From: Phycisphaerae bacterium
Lineage (GTDB): Bacteria; Planctomycetota; Phycisphaerae; UBA1845
Direction: 5' to 3'
DNA: 64,000 bases
Assembly (NCBI GenBank): GCA_963666835.2
Contig: CAXXGO010000006.1
Location: forward strand, 1,824,001 to 1,888,000
The translations under genes and the position numbers were made by a program. The notes under the pieces were generated by a model that saw only the letters and a program-made list of their open reading frames with translations, was not told where the DNA came from and did no database searches. Within the stretch, counting starts at the first letter, position 1. Each line of letters opens with the position of its first letter. Shown one piece after another: positions 40,986 through 51,780 of the stretch.

Positions 40986-42890
40986 CTAAATTCGGCGAGT
41001 TCTTCGCCGCAGAAGCCCAAGCCCGAGCCCGATGGCCAGGAGCGTCACCATCCCGATACCTCCGCAACCGATCTGTTCGATGAACCGCGTAAGGGCTTCC
41101 ACCTCGATGATGCCATCGAGCTTGGGATCCGAGGCTTCTACGTCTTCGATGATGGTGATACGATCATCAAAGGGCCGGGCGGTTGTATCGCTGGAACTCA
41201 CCGTTGCCTCAAGCGCCGTGTAACTGCCCCGCGAGCCCGAGCGAAGCCCCACGGCTGCAATCTGGGTTTCGGCCGTATTGCCGGTACTTGCCGGCTCGGT
41301 ATTGGCTGGAGCGGTTGAGGACAGGTTGGGTACGCCGACGAAGCCGTCTCCGTCGATGTCGAAACCCGGCATCCGCCAGGCATAGAGGATTGCCCAGATC
41401 CGCTTGTCCGGAATAAATTCCGTAGTACTCGGCGGTCGGAGCACGTCCTGCCAGCCCAGCCCAATACCGCGGCCGGCGTAGTGACGGTAATCGACACTGT
41501 TGAACCTGTTCTGGAGGTACTCCAGGGTTTGCTGAACGAACAGGTTCGTCTCTTCGTCGTTCGGGTCCAGGCGGAAGAACTGGCTCGGCGGCTGAGTGGC
41601 TTCATCGCTGGGGTCGATGATAATCGACCAGTTGCGTACGTCGGTGGTCCGCCACAGACCGTTACCGTCCCAATCGGCCCCGAGAAGGTCTTCGATTACG
41701 GATTCAGGGGCGACATCCTCACCGAGCAAGTCCGAGCGAAACAGGCGGAGCAAGTCGCTGACGTTCTCCGGGTTGTCGATGCCTTCATAGTCGAGGACTC
41801 CCGGTCCGTCACTGCTTACCAGGTCATTACCCATGTCCATGCCGTTGCCCAGGCCGTCCAGGTCGATGTCGGGGTTGTCCTCGGCTCCGAAACGGATGAT
41901 GAAATCGCTGGTATTGCCGAACGAGCGCGGGTTTATCAAAGGTTCGAGGTCTTCGCTGTCGGAGCTGCTATCTCCGTCGGTATCGGGATTCGTCGGATCG
42001 GTGAAGATGAAGCCGTCGAAATCGTGAAGCATCGTGAACTCGTTGGGAACGTAAGCTCCGTCATCTTCGCGGGTGTTATCTAGGGGGTACTCTCCGGGGC
42101 TGGGCAGTCCGTCGCTGTTCGTGTCCTGCCACTCATCCCGGTCCAAGAGGCCGTTGCCGTCCTCGTCGATAAACGCCAAACCGAAGACCTCTATGTAGTC
42201 GCTAAGCCCGTCGCCGTCGGAGTCCCACATGAATGCGTTGGTGGCGACCGCCCGGCGGGTGAAGATCGGAGTAGGCGGCGTGCCCGGGATGATTGCCGAC
42301 GGAGCCGGGAAGAACACGACCCGATCGTTCGTGTCGTCTTCGGCGATACCGCCCAGCTCCCAGTTGTCCGGCAGACCATCGCCATCGGTATCCGGCGAGT
42401 TGTCCGGCAACCCGTCCCCGTCGATGTCGAGCCGGCTCAGAATGCTGGCAACCGCCAGGTTGTCCGTGGAATTGTCTTGACTGTCCGCCAGCCGGTCGGC
42501 GGTGATCTCGACGAACACCTCCGCCGTTGCCACGGATTCCGAACCGTCGACCACGCCGACCTCGAATTCCGCGGTTCCCACCGCGTCGCTGGGCGCCGTG
42601 TAGCGGAAGGTAACTGACAAGTCTTCGGCACTAGACAAAATGACCGTTCGTTGTTCGAAGAAGCCGCCGGACACTCCGTTGATGTCGGTTATGGTGACGG
42701 TGTATGGCTCCACTCCGCCGCTTACTTCGACGGTGATGTCGATCGACTCGGCGACCGTGACGGCAAGGCCGTCCTCGCCACTCAATCGAACGGCCAGTTC
42801 GTCGTTTCCATTGGACTGGCTGTGGACGGCTGACTGAGTCAGCAATAACAACCCGATGGAAACGACCGCTATGGTGGTGCGAAGGCTCAT
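40986..42890 (-). CDS. Secreted acidic protein with Ca-binding DxDGDG repeats and a C-terminal GC-TM-basic tail
   Basis: Signal peptide MSLRTT...VHS; DIDGDGLPD, DTDGDGLPD, DSDGDGLSD; tail IGCGGIGMVTLLAIGLGLGLLRRRTRRI. Confidence 0.85.
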   Translation of the reverse strand: MSLRTTIAVVSIGLLLLTQSAVHSQSNGNDELAVRLSGEDGLAVTVAESIDITVEVSGGVEPYTVTITDINGVSGGFFEQRTVILSSAEDLSVTFRYTAPSDAVGTAEFEVGVVDGSESVATAEVFVEITADRLADSQDNSTDNLAVASILSRLDIDGDGLPDNSPDTDGDGLPDNWELGGIAEDDTNDRVVFFPAPSAIIPGTPPTPIFTRRAVATNAFMWDSDGDGLSDYIEVFGLAFIDEDGNGLLDRDEWQDTNSDGLPSPGEYPLDNTREDDGAYVPNEFTMLHDFDGFIFTDPTNPDTDGDSSSDSEDLEPLINPRSFGNTSDFIIRFGAEDNPDIDLDGLGNGMDMGNDLVSSDGPGVLDYEGIDNPENVSDLLRLFRSDLLGEDVAPESVIEDLLGADWDGNGLWRTTDVRNWSIIIDPSDEATQPPSQFFRLDPNDEETNLFVQQTLEYLQNRFNSVDYRHYAGRGIGLGWQDVLRPPSTTEFIPDKRIWAILYAWRMPGFDIDGDGFVGVPNLSSTAPANTEPASTGNTAETQIAAVGLRSGSRGSYTALEATVSSSDTTARPFDDRITIIEDVEASDPKLDGIIEVEALTRFIEQIGCGGIGMVTLLAIGLGLGLLRRRTRRI

Positions 42891-43074
42891 TGATAGGTTT
42901 CCTCCCGCGTTAGCAAGCCCGATTTCTAAAGGACTCGACCGACCGGTCATTACAAGTGTAGTCGATAGGCGATCTTATAACGTCATTGCCGGGTATTAGT
43001 CAACCGCCGGGCGGTTGCCTCACCAGGTTTACGGGGCCGGGACTGGCTATGCCGGTGCGGTGGTCTATCAAACA

Positions 43075-43106
43075 CCGGCGGCGGCAACCGCAGTTACCGC
43101 CGCCGG
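43075..43106 (-). terminator. Hairpin/terminator after the Cys-rich lipoprotein gene
   Basis: Minus strand CCGGCGGCGGTAAC-TGCG-GTTGCCGCCGCCGG followed by TGTTT. Confidence 0.6.
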
Positions 43107-43165
43107 GCCAAGGAGCTTCGGGGGATTGTCGCTCCCATGTTCAAGCAATGTCCGCCCTCCGGCGG

Positions 43166-46100
43166 CTAATCATCAATACAGATGCCGCTGTCGCAGTGGC
43201 ACGCCGGAGTGCCGGCGCAGGTCAGGCACCCTGTTCCGTCTACGAGCGGGGACCAGTCCTCCTGATCGAGACCACTGTTGCACTCCTCGCAGTCATTGGC
43301 CGGGTTTAAGTCGCCGTCGGTGTAGCATACTACGCCGATCGAGCACATTCCGGCATCGATGGAGTGGTCGCACTCGTCGTTCACCTCGTCGCAGGTGTCC
43401 GTTGTGCAATCCAGAGTGTCGGCACAATCTCTCGTGGTGCCGCCGCCGCATATCCCGGCCGTGCACTCCTGGTTTACCATACAGAACTCGGTGTCGCACG
43501 GCGTCGTGTCCGCGGCATGGTTGTCAAGGCACAGACCGAACCCGTCGCAACTGTCGGGATCCGTGCAGTCATCGTCGGTCGGATCACCGCAGGGCGTGCC
43601 GGCCGCCAAGTCCGGGTGAGTGCAGACCGCCGCCGCACACAGATCGTCCGTACAGTCGTTGCCTTCGTCCGGGCAGGCGGTGCCGTCGGGCTCGTTGTTT
43701 GCCAGGCATACTCCGGCGCCGTCGCAGGTATCGGGGTTATCACAATCGGAGTCGGTCGGGTCACCGCAGGACGTGCCGGCCGCCAAGTCCGGGTGAGTGC
43801 AGACCGCCGCCGCACACAGATCGTCCGTACAGTCGTTGCCTTCGTCCGGGCAGGCGGTGCCGTCGGGCTCGTTGTTTGCCAGGCATACTCCGGCGCCGTC
43901 GCAGGTATCGGGGTCATCACAATCGGAGTCGGTCGGGTCACCGCAGGACGTGCCGGCCGCCAAGTCCGGGTGAGTGCAGACCGCCGCCGCACACAGATCG
44001 TCCGTACAGTCGTTGCCTTCGTCCGGGCAGGCGGTGCCGTCGGGCTCGTTGTTTGCCAGGCATACTCCGGCCCCGTCGCAGGTATCGGGGTCATCACAAT
44101 CGGAGTCGGTCGGGTCACCGCAGGACGTGCCGGCCGCCAAGTCCGGGTGAGTGCAGACCGCCGCCGCACACAGATCGTCCGTACAGTCGTTGCCTTCGTC
44201 CGGGCAGGCGGTGCCGTCGGGCTCGTTGTTTGCCAGGCATACTCCGGCGCCGTCGCAGGTATCGGGGTCATCACAATCGGAGTCCGTCGGGTCACCGCAG
44301 GACGTGCCGGCCGCCAAGTCCGGATGCGTGCAGACCGCCGCCGCACATAGATCGTCCGTGCAGTCGTTGCCTTCGTCCGGGCAGGCGGTGCCGTCGGGCT
44401 CGTTGTTTGCCAGGCATACTCCGGCCCCGTCGCAGGTATCGGGGTTATCACAATCGGAGTCCGTCGGGTCACCGCAAGCCGTTCCGGAAGCCTCGTAATT
44501 GGACGCGCAGATGCCTGCCCCGTTGCAGGTGTCGGGGTTGTCGCAATCCGAATCGACGATGCTACCGCAGAGGGTCCCTGAGGCCTCGTGGTTATCCAGG
44601 CAGACCCCGTGTCCGTTGCACGTGTCCGGGTTTGTGCAAACGGTATTGTCCTGATCGCCGCACAACGTGCCGACCACAGAATGCGGATGCACACAATTAC
44701 CGGCTAGGCACACGTCATCCGTGCAGTCGTTGGTATCCGGTGTGCAGGCGGTTCCGTTTGCCTCGTGGTTGCCCAGGCACACCCCGGCGCCGTCGCAGGT
44801 ATCAGCAGCCGTGCAATCCGTGATGCTGGAGTCGCCGCAGAGATCACCGAAAGACGCGAAGTTGTCCATACATACACCCGCTCCGTTACACGTGTCCGCC
44901 GGGTTGCACGTGGTGTCGGTCGGATCCCCGCACGCAGTTCCGGGCGGATGATTCGGGTGGGTGCATACCGCGTTTGAGCAGACGTCGTTGGTGCAGTCGT
45001 TTCCGTCGTCGCTACAAGGGGCACCGTTCGCAACGGGGTTATTCTGGCACACACCGAGACTGTTGCAGGTGTTGGCCGCATCGCACTCTCCGCTCGACTG
45101 ATCGCCGCACGGAGTGCCCGCCGGCATGTACGGATGATCGCAGGAACCTGCGGCGCACACGTCATCCGTGCAATCGTTACCGTCGCCCGAGCAGGGAGTG
45201 TCGTCGGCTGCGTGGTTATCCAGGCATACACCTGCGCCGTTACAGGTATCCGGATTGGTGCATACAGTGTTGGTCTGATCACCGCAGGATGTTCCGATCG
45301 GGGAATTCGGATGATTGCATACGCCGGCGGCGCACACATCGTTCGTACAATCGTTCGTATCGGCGGTGCAGATCGTACCATCTGCCTCGTGGTTATCCAG
45401 GCACGATCCGGCTCCATCGCAGGTGTCAGGATCCGTGCAATCGTCATCTGTCAGGTCACCGCACGGAGTGCCACTCGTTTCGTGGTTCGCCAAGCAAACC
45501 CCGACGCCGTCGCACGTATCCGGATCCGTACACTCGTCGTCGATACCGGAGCCGCATGGTGTGTTGGCGGGTAGGTTCTGATGGTCGCATACCCCTGCAA
45601 GGCACAGATCATCCGTGCAGTCATTACTATCGTCCGGGCAACTTGTACCGTCCGGCGCATGGTTGGGCACGCAGACCCCGCCGTCGCACGTGTCAGGATC
45701 CGTGCAGGCGTCATCAAGTGGACTACCGCATGACGTACCGGCTGCTGCGTGGTTATCCAGGCATACCCCCGCGCCGTTACACGTATCCGGATTGGTACAC
45801 ACGGTGTTGGTCTGATCGCCGCAGGATGTTCCGATCGGGGAGTTCGGATGAACACACGTGCCGGCATCGCACACATCTACCGTGCATTCGTTCCCATCAT
45901 CGGTGCAACCCGTACCGTCCGCCTCGTGGTTATCCAGGCATGTTCCGGCTCCGTCACAGGTGTCGGGATCCGTGCAATCTCCATTATCCGAGTTACCGCA
46001 CGAGAAGCCGGCAGCTTCGTGATTAGCCAGGCAGACCCCGGCGCCATCGCACTTGTCGGGATTCGTACAGTCGTCATCCACGGTGCTGCCGCACGGATCA

Positions 46101-48151
46101 CCTGCGGGCAGATAGTCGTTATTGCACACTCCAAACGTGCAGGTGTCAGGACCGGTGCAATCGTTGCCGTCTTGGCAGGTGGCTGGGTCGGTAGTCCGGA
46201 TCTCGTACTCGACTTCCGCTCGACTGCCTCCGCTTTCTTCGACGATCACCTTGATCTTACGCGGAAGAGCTTGGGTTTCCGACGGTGTATACCGGCGCTG
46301 GTTCGTGGGCAGCCCTATCTGGTCCAGCTTGTCGTCCGAAGGGCCTACCCCCACAAATGCGAACGTGTAAGTGTTGATCCCCGAACCGCCAACGGTGGTA
46401 GCGGTCAGAATCGCCTGTTCCGGGGCGATTCCATCGCTGAGGCACAGCATGGGATGGTCGGCTGAGACCGCCAAGCTCACGGTACCTCCTCCGCTTCCAC
46501 CGTGCGAGGACGAGATGTTAATGCTCAACGAGCTGGAGCCCTCCGCACCGGTAGCGTCCGTGACCCGCACTACAATAGCATCCGATCCCGCTCCCGCGGG
46601 CGCGGAGTAATTGCGCAGAACCTGAACGTCTTCGAGTCCGTCCTCGTCGAGGTTACCCACACCACAGTCGCACTTGGTGAAGCCCTCGAGGAACTCGTCG
46701 TCGGCGTCCGGGGTGCAATCGGACTCGCGCGTCGCGAGACGACCCAGCCCGGTGCCATCGCGGAAGCCGTAGCACACCGTGTACGGCGGGGTCCCTCCGG
46801 AGATGTTGGCAGATAACTCTGTTATAGTATTCGGCTGAATCGCCGGACTGGCGCTGGACAGCTCAACGTCCAGCCGTTTCGGGGCGGCGACCGTCAAGGA
46901 TACGACTGAAGTCGCCACGTCTCCAACGCTATCCTGGACGCGAACCGTGATGCTGTCGGTGCCGGTGTCGTCGGCCGGGGCGGTGTAGGTCCGTTCCGGA
47001 GCGTCGTCGCCGGCCTCCTGGCAAGAGCAGTTGTCGTAGCCGGTCATCGGTTCGCAGGCGGAGTTTCTGCTCAATGCCGCCGTCGCGAGAGTCCCGCCTT
47101 CTACCAGGGTGTCGGCATCTCCCTTTTTGAAACAAACTGTATACGGCGGGGTGCCGCCGGCTACTTCCGCAGCGATGGTTGTGGTCCGTCTGGGAGCGAC
47201 CGTCAGATCCGAACTGAACGCCGACAGCCGAAGCTCGTCCTCCGAGCGCACGACAATCGGGATCGAGGTCGAATCGCGGTTTCCGGCCGCGTCCAGAACG
47301 GTCACTCTTATAGTGACGTTGCCGGTTTCGACCGGAGCGTGATAGGTCGAACGTGCTACGGTAACCCCGTCCTCCTCTGTCAACGGTTCGGCCGTGAATG
47401 ATGTTCCCTGAACACCCTCTACCGCCCAGAACACGCAATAAGGACTGCCGTTGCCCTCCGGGGCGACCACATCCAGACCGGCAAAGCTGGCCGGGGCCGC
47501 ACACTCCGTCGAGCTCTCCGCCGAAAACGGGCTTCCACCGGAGATCGCGGCCTCCAGGGTGATCTCCTCACCGGGGACAATCGTGCTCTTTGCCTCTGCG
47601 GTCGAGCCGGTAAGGGTCAAGGGTGCCTCGGGGCGGACGATCGTCAGAGTTATCGTCGACTCGCCACCTTCTGTCCTAGCCTCTGGGTCAGTAGCCTGTA
47701 CAGTCACGTTGACCTTGGTGCCGTCGACCCCAGGGTCGGTCAAGACCTCGTCGATGGTCAGAACGCTCGTTTGGGTCGGCTCGGTATCATCCGGAAAAGT
47801 GATGTCCAACTGGGCTTGCGGAACCTCGGGCGCGCCTGGTTTGGCCGCGAACCCCGTTTCGTCATTGTGATCCCAGTCCGCAGTTGCCACGGACCAAGTG
47901 AAGATGGCGTCTCTGGTGGTGGCGGCGCTGATACTGACCTTGCCAGTCTTGGCGTCGCCTCGGACCAGTACGGTTCGATCGGACGAGAGAAACACCGTTA
48001 TCGGGGGCAAAGGTCGCGGCCCGGGCTCTTCCCAGTCGTCAGCCGGTTCGTCCGGCACCACTAGTTGAGTTTCATAACACCCCGGCTGCAGCAGCAGCAA
48101 TCCCGACGCGAGCAGGATCCCGACCAGCAGGGTCGACTTGATAGAACTCAT
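43166..48151 (-). CDS. Large putative lipoprotein: Ig-like domains followed by about 1000 aa of Cys/Asp-rich repeats
   Basis: MSSIK...LLLLQPGC lipobox-like; GGTPPYT repeats; CGD..D..CT.PDTCDGAG.C repeats; GGGGAGG RBS. Confidence 0.9.
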   Translation of the reverse strand: MSSIKSTLLVGILLASGLLLLQPGCYETQLVVPDEPADDWEEPGPRPLPPITVFLSSDRTVLVRGDAKTGKVSISAATTRDAIFTWSVATADWDHNDETGFAAKPGAPEVPQAQLDITFPDDTEPTQTSVLTIDEVLTDPGVDGTKVNVTVQATDPEARTEGGESTITLTIVRPEAPLTLTGSTAEAKSTIVPGEEITLEAAISGGSPFSAESSTECAAPASFAGLDVVAPEGNGSPYCVFWAVEGVQGTSFTAEPLTEEDGVTVARSTYHAPVETGNVTIRVTVLDAAGNRDSTSIPIVVRSEDELRLSAFSSDLTVAPRRTTTIAAEVAGGTPPYTVCFKKGDADTLVEGGTLATAALSRNSACEPMTGYDNCSCQEAGDDAPERTYTAPADDTGTDSITVRVQDSVGDVATSVVSLTVAAPKRLDVELSSASPAIQPNTITELSANISGGTPPYTVCYGFRDGTGLGRLATRESDCTPDADDEFLEGFTKCDCGVGNLDEDGLEDVQVLRNYSAPAGAGSDAIVVRVTDATGAEGSSSLSINISSSHGGSGGGTVSLAVSADHPMLCLSDGIAPEQAILTATTVGGSGINTYTFAFVGVGPSDDKLDQIGLPTNQRRYTPSETQALPRKIKVIVEESGGSRAEVEYEIRTTDPATCQDGNDCTGPDTCTFGVCNNDYLPAGDPCGSTVDDDCTNPDKCDGAGVCLANHEAAGFSCGNSDNGDCTDPDTCDGAGTCLDNHEADGTGCTDDGNECTVDVCDAGTCVHPNSPIGTSCGDQTNTVCTNPDTCNGAGVCLDNHAAAGTSCGSPLDDACTDPDTCDGGVCVPNHAPDGTSCPDDSNDCTDDLCLAGVCDHQNLPANTPCGSGIDDECTDPDTCDGVGVCLANHETSGTPCGDLTDDDCTDPDTCDGAGSCLDNHEADGTICTADTNDCTNDVCAAGVCNHPNSPIGTSCGDQTNTVCTNPDTCNGAGVCLDNHAADDTPCSGDGNDCTDDVCAAGSCDHPYMPAGTPCGDQSSGECDAANTCNSLGVCQNNPVANGAPCSDDGNDCTNDVCSNAVCTHPNHPPGTACGDPTDTTCNPADTCNGAGVCMDNFASFGDLCGDSSITDCTAADTCDGAGVCLGNHEANGTACTPDTNDCTDDVCLAGNCVHPHSVVGTLCGDQDNTVCTNPDTCNGHGVCLDNHEASGTLCGSIVDSDCDNPDTCNGAGICASNYEASGTACGDPTDSDCDNPDTCDGAGVCLANNEPDGTACPDEGNDCTDDLCAAAVCTHPDLAAGTSCGDPTDSDCDDPDTCDGAGVCLANNEPDGTACPDEGNDCTDDLCAAAVCTHPDLAAGTSCGDPTDSDCDDPDTCDGAGVCLANNEPDGTACPDEGNDCTDDLCAAAVCTHPDLAAGTSCGDPTDSDCDDPDTCDGAGVCLANNEPDGTACPDEGNDCTDDLCAAAVCTHPDLAAGTSCGDPTDSDCDNPDTCDGAGVCLANNEPDGTACPDEGNDCTDDLCAAAVCTHPDLAAGTPCGDPTDDDCTDPDSCDGFGLCLDNHAADTTPCDTEFCMVNQECTAGICGGGTTRDCADTLDCTTDTCDEVNDECDHSIDAGMCSIGVVCYTDGDLNPANDCEECNSGLDQEDWSPLVDGTGCLTCAGTPACHCDSGICIDD
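43592..44476 (-). repeat. Five near-identical 177-bp (59-aa) coding repeats
   Basis: CGDPTDSDCD(D/N)PDTCDGAGVCLANNEPDGTACPDEGNDCTDDLCAAAVCTHPDLAAGT(S/P) x5; period 177 nt (e.g. 43721 and 43898). Confidence 0.95.
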
Positions 48152-48267
48152 CTCGGCAAACCTCCCCTTCACTACCGCGAAGCGCAGTTTCGATTACTTA
48201 CGTATCAGCCGGCATCCTTGCTAGTACGGATGTTCGCCGCGATGTCCTACCGACGGCGAATGCGAGG

Positions 48268-49302
48268 CTATTGCCCCGCTAGACGAATGAGCAGCTCGGC
48301 GTTTGGATTAATCATGAGCCCGCCGGTCCCGGGATTCCCTATAATAATCGAGCGTCGGAATCTCTGTCCGGCAATAACCGAACCGGGAACGGTCGATTCG
48401 AGCAGCCCCTGGGCCGGGCTGACCACCGCCCGCAACGAAGTCACGGGAGCGCCCAGCGTGCTGGTCACGGCCAGCAACTGCTGTGGCTGGTCAAAGGTCT
48501 GTGGAGCATTGAAATCCGCCCCGACCAATTCTATCGCGGCCCGGCCTTCGCCCGCCCGCACGGGGGTAAAGTCCCCGCTTTCCGCCCGCTCTACCCATCG
48601 GGTGCTCTGGGTCAGACCAAAGGCATAGACGCTTCGCTGCATAAGAGCCGACAACTCAGCCACCGCGTCGTCGTCACCAGGGGCAACCGTTGCCGGGGCG
48701 GCAGTTGAAATACTCTGTCCCGCAGCAAGTTGCACCCGACCCGCCACGGCGTCCGGGCGCGTGTTCGACAAATCGCCGGGAACAAAAGACGCGGTCCCTC
48801 GTTCAACCGTAAACGTTACCACGCCTTCTTGGGCGACGATGTGGACGATCCCCTCCGTGATGGCGACGCTGCCGACCGCTCCGCCGTTTTTGCCAACCAC
48901 GGCCAGAGACTCTGCCTCCCGGTTCTTCCGGGCGGCGGTAACTCGGCCACGCACGACTTTCAGGACGCAACTGTTGGGGGCCAACCACTCCGGAGCAGGG
49001 TCAAACCGGATCTCGGACGACGTTTGAAGGTGCACCGATGCTCCGGAATCGGGAAGGACGACGACGGCCGTACCGTCCTTTGCGGTGGCTAGAGCCTGGC
49101 CGACGCTGAGGCCATTCTCTTCTGGATGGAAAGACGTGGGACTGACTCGCGACGGCTCACCCGCACCGACGCGCAGGGCTCCGCCGCCGGTAACGACGGT
49201 GGCAAACGCGACCGGATCCGCAGATTGGGCCCGAGTGAGTGCTCCTCCCACGCTGATTATAACGGAAACGAGAACCAGATTGCCAAACCCTCGAACGATC
49301 AT
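48268..49302 (-). CDS. Secreted FecR-like domain protein
   Basis: Signal peptide; LSVGQALAT...AVVVLPDSGASVHLQTSSEI...LKVVRGRV...FTVERG...VQLAAGQ pattern of FecR beta domains. Confidence 0.65.
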   Translation of the reverse strand: MIVRGFGNLVLVSVIISVGGALTRAQSADPVAFATVVTGGGALRVGAGEPSRVSPTSFHPEENGLSVGQALATAKDGTAVVVLPDSGASVHLQTSSEIRFDPAPEWLAPNSCVLKVVRGRVTAARKNREAESLAVVGKNGGAVGSVAITEGIVHIVAQEGVVTFTVERGTASFVPGDLSNTRPDAVAGRVQLAAGQSISTAAPATVAPGDDDAVAELSALMQRSVYAFGLTQSTRWVERAESGDFTPVRAGEGRAAIELVGADFNAPQTFDQPQQLLAVTSTLGAPVTSLRAVVSPAQGLLESTVPGSVIAGQRFRRSIIIGNPGTGGLMINPNAELLIRLAGQ

Positions 49303-49323
49303 CAATCACCTCGATCGCGCGAA

Positions 49324-51663
49324 CTAGTTGAACTCGAAACCCACGGTAATGCCGTAAACCATCCGATCATACTCGAATATGGTCTGACCCATCTGGTCGA
49401 CCACGTTACTGTCGTCGTCCGTCCATCTGGCGTGGAGCCGGATCGACATTACCGACCTGTCAAACTGCGGGGTGTACCGATTGGCCAGTTCCCCCTCCCG
49501 CAAGACGAAAGTTCGTGACAGGACGAGCCCGTACTCTTGAACAAAATCACGCCGGGGCCGCCGGTGGAAGTCGATCAGACTTCCATGAGAATACTCGCCC
49601 CATTCAAATGACGCGGTCGCGTCCAGCTCCAACCCCCACGGCAAGGGTACTTCCACACCTGCTCCGAACTCGTAGGCAGTGCGGTCGAACTCGTCTCCCT
49701 TGGTGGCGTCCCACGAATACCGTAGCCCCACCCAGGGCGTCAGGTACCGTTTCGGGTAATCCGCATCCTCCTGACGCAACCCTTCGTCGCCGGAGTACCC
49801 CCACGGCTCGAGCCCGTGCCGGTGATAGAACTCCGCCAAGTCGACGCTCTTGTGCCGATGGGTCAATCCGAAAGCCGGATAGCAACCATCCCGATTGTAG
49901 CGTTCATCGTACAGGTCTTCTCGATAATCTCTGATGTCATAAGAGAAATAAAGGTCCGTTTCCGCGTGGCGGTCCGCCCAGAACACCCTTACGCTGGGGC
50001 GGATAACCTGCGACTCCAAGAAACCGGATCGTCCGAGAAGCGTGTAGTCGTAATCGTACTGCAACGACAGGTAGATGGGTCCGAAATCTCCCGTCTTGCG
50101 GCGGGCTTCGTACTGTAATGCCACCGCTCCACCGTAGGTTTGCAGGTCATACTCGTCCACGTCGGCATGCCACAATTGCGACATCCGCCCCTGGAGACCG
50201 AACGTGAGACGTTCGGTGAGGTCCTTGGTGTAGTCCACGGCTGTTGTCTGGTAGAAACCGAAGTCCTTTCGACGCGAGATGTCGCGCGGCATGTCCGTGC
50301 GCTCTCCGAGCAACACTACATTCGTATCGCGGTGAAATCCGCTGATTAATGACAAGCGCACGTCATTCATCGGCGGCACCACGGCCGTGGTCTGCCGACG
50401 CAGACCCGCAATCTCCTTACGCTGCCGGGCAACCAGATACGGAATGACCTCGCAGCTATGCGAACCCGGATTGCTCTGTTCGTCCGCCGCGGGCCGCACG
50501 TCCAGGCGGGCGGCCATCTGCAGATACTTCTCCGCCTCATCCAATAACTGCGAACGTTTTGCAGGGACCGCCTCCGCCGAGGCTTGGAACGGGTAGATCA
50601 GCCCGAGGTACAGAGCCGCGTAACTGCGCCACGTGCGCTCCGTCGCGGGATCATCTACCAGCTCCGTCATGAGGGCCTGTGCCTCAGCCAGTTGCCGGCG
50701 CCCCGTCGAACTCACCGCGGCCCCTTCGCTCGGTGCCCGTACGGGTACCGCTTGACGGAACAAAATGACGCCCCGGAAGAACTTGGCCCGCGTTGCCTGA
50801 TCGCCGGCCAGTCCCTCATCGAGCATCGTCTTGAGGATCCCGGTGGCGCGGGCCAGACTTCGAGACGCTTGGCTTCGGAGGGCCTTCACCGGTCCGGGGG
50901 CCTCTTCGCGATCGTAGTCTCCTGCGACGATATCCCGGGCATTGGTCTCGTCGATTCGGGCGATCTTGGCGTTGGCCACTACCTCAAGTAGGCGAAGCAC
51001 GGCATCGGGATGTTCCAAGATGCCTACCAGGTGCTGCAAGTCCGCCGCCATCTTGCGATAGTGGTCTTGCTCCTGTGCAGCGGCTTCATGGGCCTGCTCC
51101 AACGCACTTATGCGCAACTCGATCAGTTCTTCGATTGAGAGCTCGGCGCGGCGCTTGAGGGCATACTCTTGCCTCTTCAGACCGTTCAACATGGCCTGGG
51201 CTACGATAGTCTCCGCGGCGGCGTCCGCTCCGGTTGACGACTCCCGGAGTTCCCGGAGCTTCAGCCGGAGCTGTTCGATTTCCTCGCCGGCCGACTTCTC
51301 TTCCCCCTCGGCGGACCGAGTCTCGATAGCCTGGGCGCAGGCCAGCGCGGAACTCTCGGCACTTTGCTTCGCGCGCAGTTCAATCAACCCCAGTTCGCCA
51401 TAAGTCAATGCTCGGAACAGGCGGGCGGTTTTGTGGTCGGGCTCTCTGTCAATGACCGAAGTGAACAGCTTCTCAGCCTGCGTAAGTCGCGCGGCATCGC
51501 CCGGACCCATTGCCTCCAGGTCGCCTTGGCCGTCCAGGAAGCAATAGATCCCCTCGTTCAGGTCTACGAGCACATCGGCCGACGGACCTTCCTGGGCCGA
51601 GGACGTTGCAGTGAGACTCCAGACCACCAGCAAGACAGGCACAGCCAGGCAGCTTCGATCCAT
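49324..51663 (-). CDS. Outer-membrane protein: helical TPR-like N-domain plus C-terminal beta-barrel (DUF560/Slam-like architecture)
   Basis: Signal peptide; Ala/Leu-rich helices; barrel starts at SGFHRDTNV; alternating aromatic strands; ends YGITVGFEFN. Confidence 0.7.
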   Translation of the reverse strand: MDRSCLAVPVLLVVWSLTATSSAQEGPSADVLVDLNEGIYCFLDGQGDLEAMGPGDAARLTQAEKLFTSVIDREPDHKTARLFRALTYGELGLIELRAKQSAESSALACAQAIETRSAEGEEKSAGEEIEQLRLKLRELRESSTGADAAAETIVAQAMLNGLKRQEYALKRRAELSIEELIELRISALEQAHEAAAQEQDHYRKMAADLQHLVGILEHPDAVLRLLEVVANAKIARIDETNARDIVAGDYDREEAPGPVKALRSQASRSLARATGILKTMLDEGLAGDQATRAKFFRGVILFRQAVPVRAPSEGAAVSSTGRRQLAEAQALMTELVDDPATERTWRSYAALYLGLIYPFQASAEAVPAKRSQLLDEAEKYLQMAARLDVRPAADEQSNPGSHSCEVIPYLVARQRKEIAGLRRQTTAVVPPMNDVRLSLISGFHRDTNVVLLGERTDMPRDISRRKDFGFYQTTAVDYTKDLTERLTFGLQGRMSQLWHADVDEYDLQTYGGAVALQYEARRKTGDFGPIYLSLQYDYDYTLLGRSGFLESQVIRPSVRVFWADRHAETDLYFSYDIRDYREDLYDERYNRDGCYPAFGLTHRHKSVDLAEFYHRHGLEPWGYSGDEGLRQEDADYPKRYLTPWVGLRYSWDATKGDEFDRTAYEFGAGVEVPLPWGLELDATASFEWGEYSHGSLIDFHRRPRRDFVQEYGLVLSRTFVLREGELANRYTPQFDRSVMSIRLHARWTDDDSNVVDQMGQTIFEYDRMVYGITVGFEFN

Positions 51664-51780
51664 CGTTAGGTAACCCTCGCGCTAACTTCACCGGAGGGGT
51701 CTCCGGCTTCGTTGCGACCTCCAAACGTGAGCAGTCTGCAATACCCGAACCCACGAGCCCGCATGTCAAGCGGCGCGACT

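Noticed and set aside
43015..44823. 602-aa Arg/Pro/Cys-rich ORF on the plus strand and similar overlapping ORFs
   Set aside because: Antisense or alternate-frame shadows of the repetitive Cys-rich gene.
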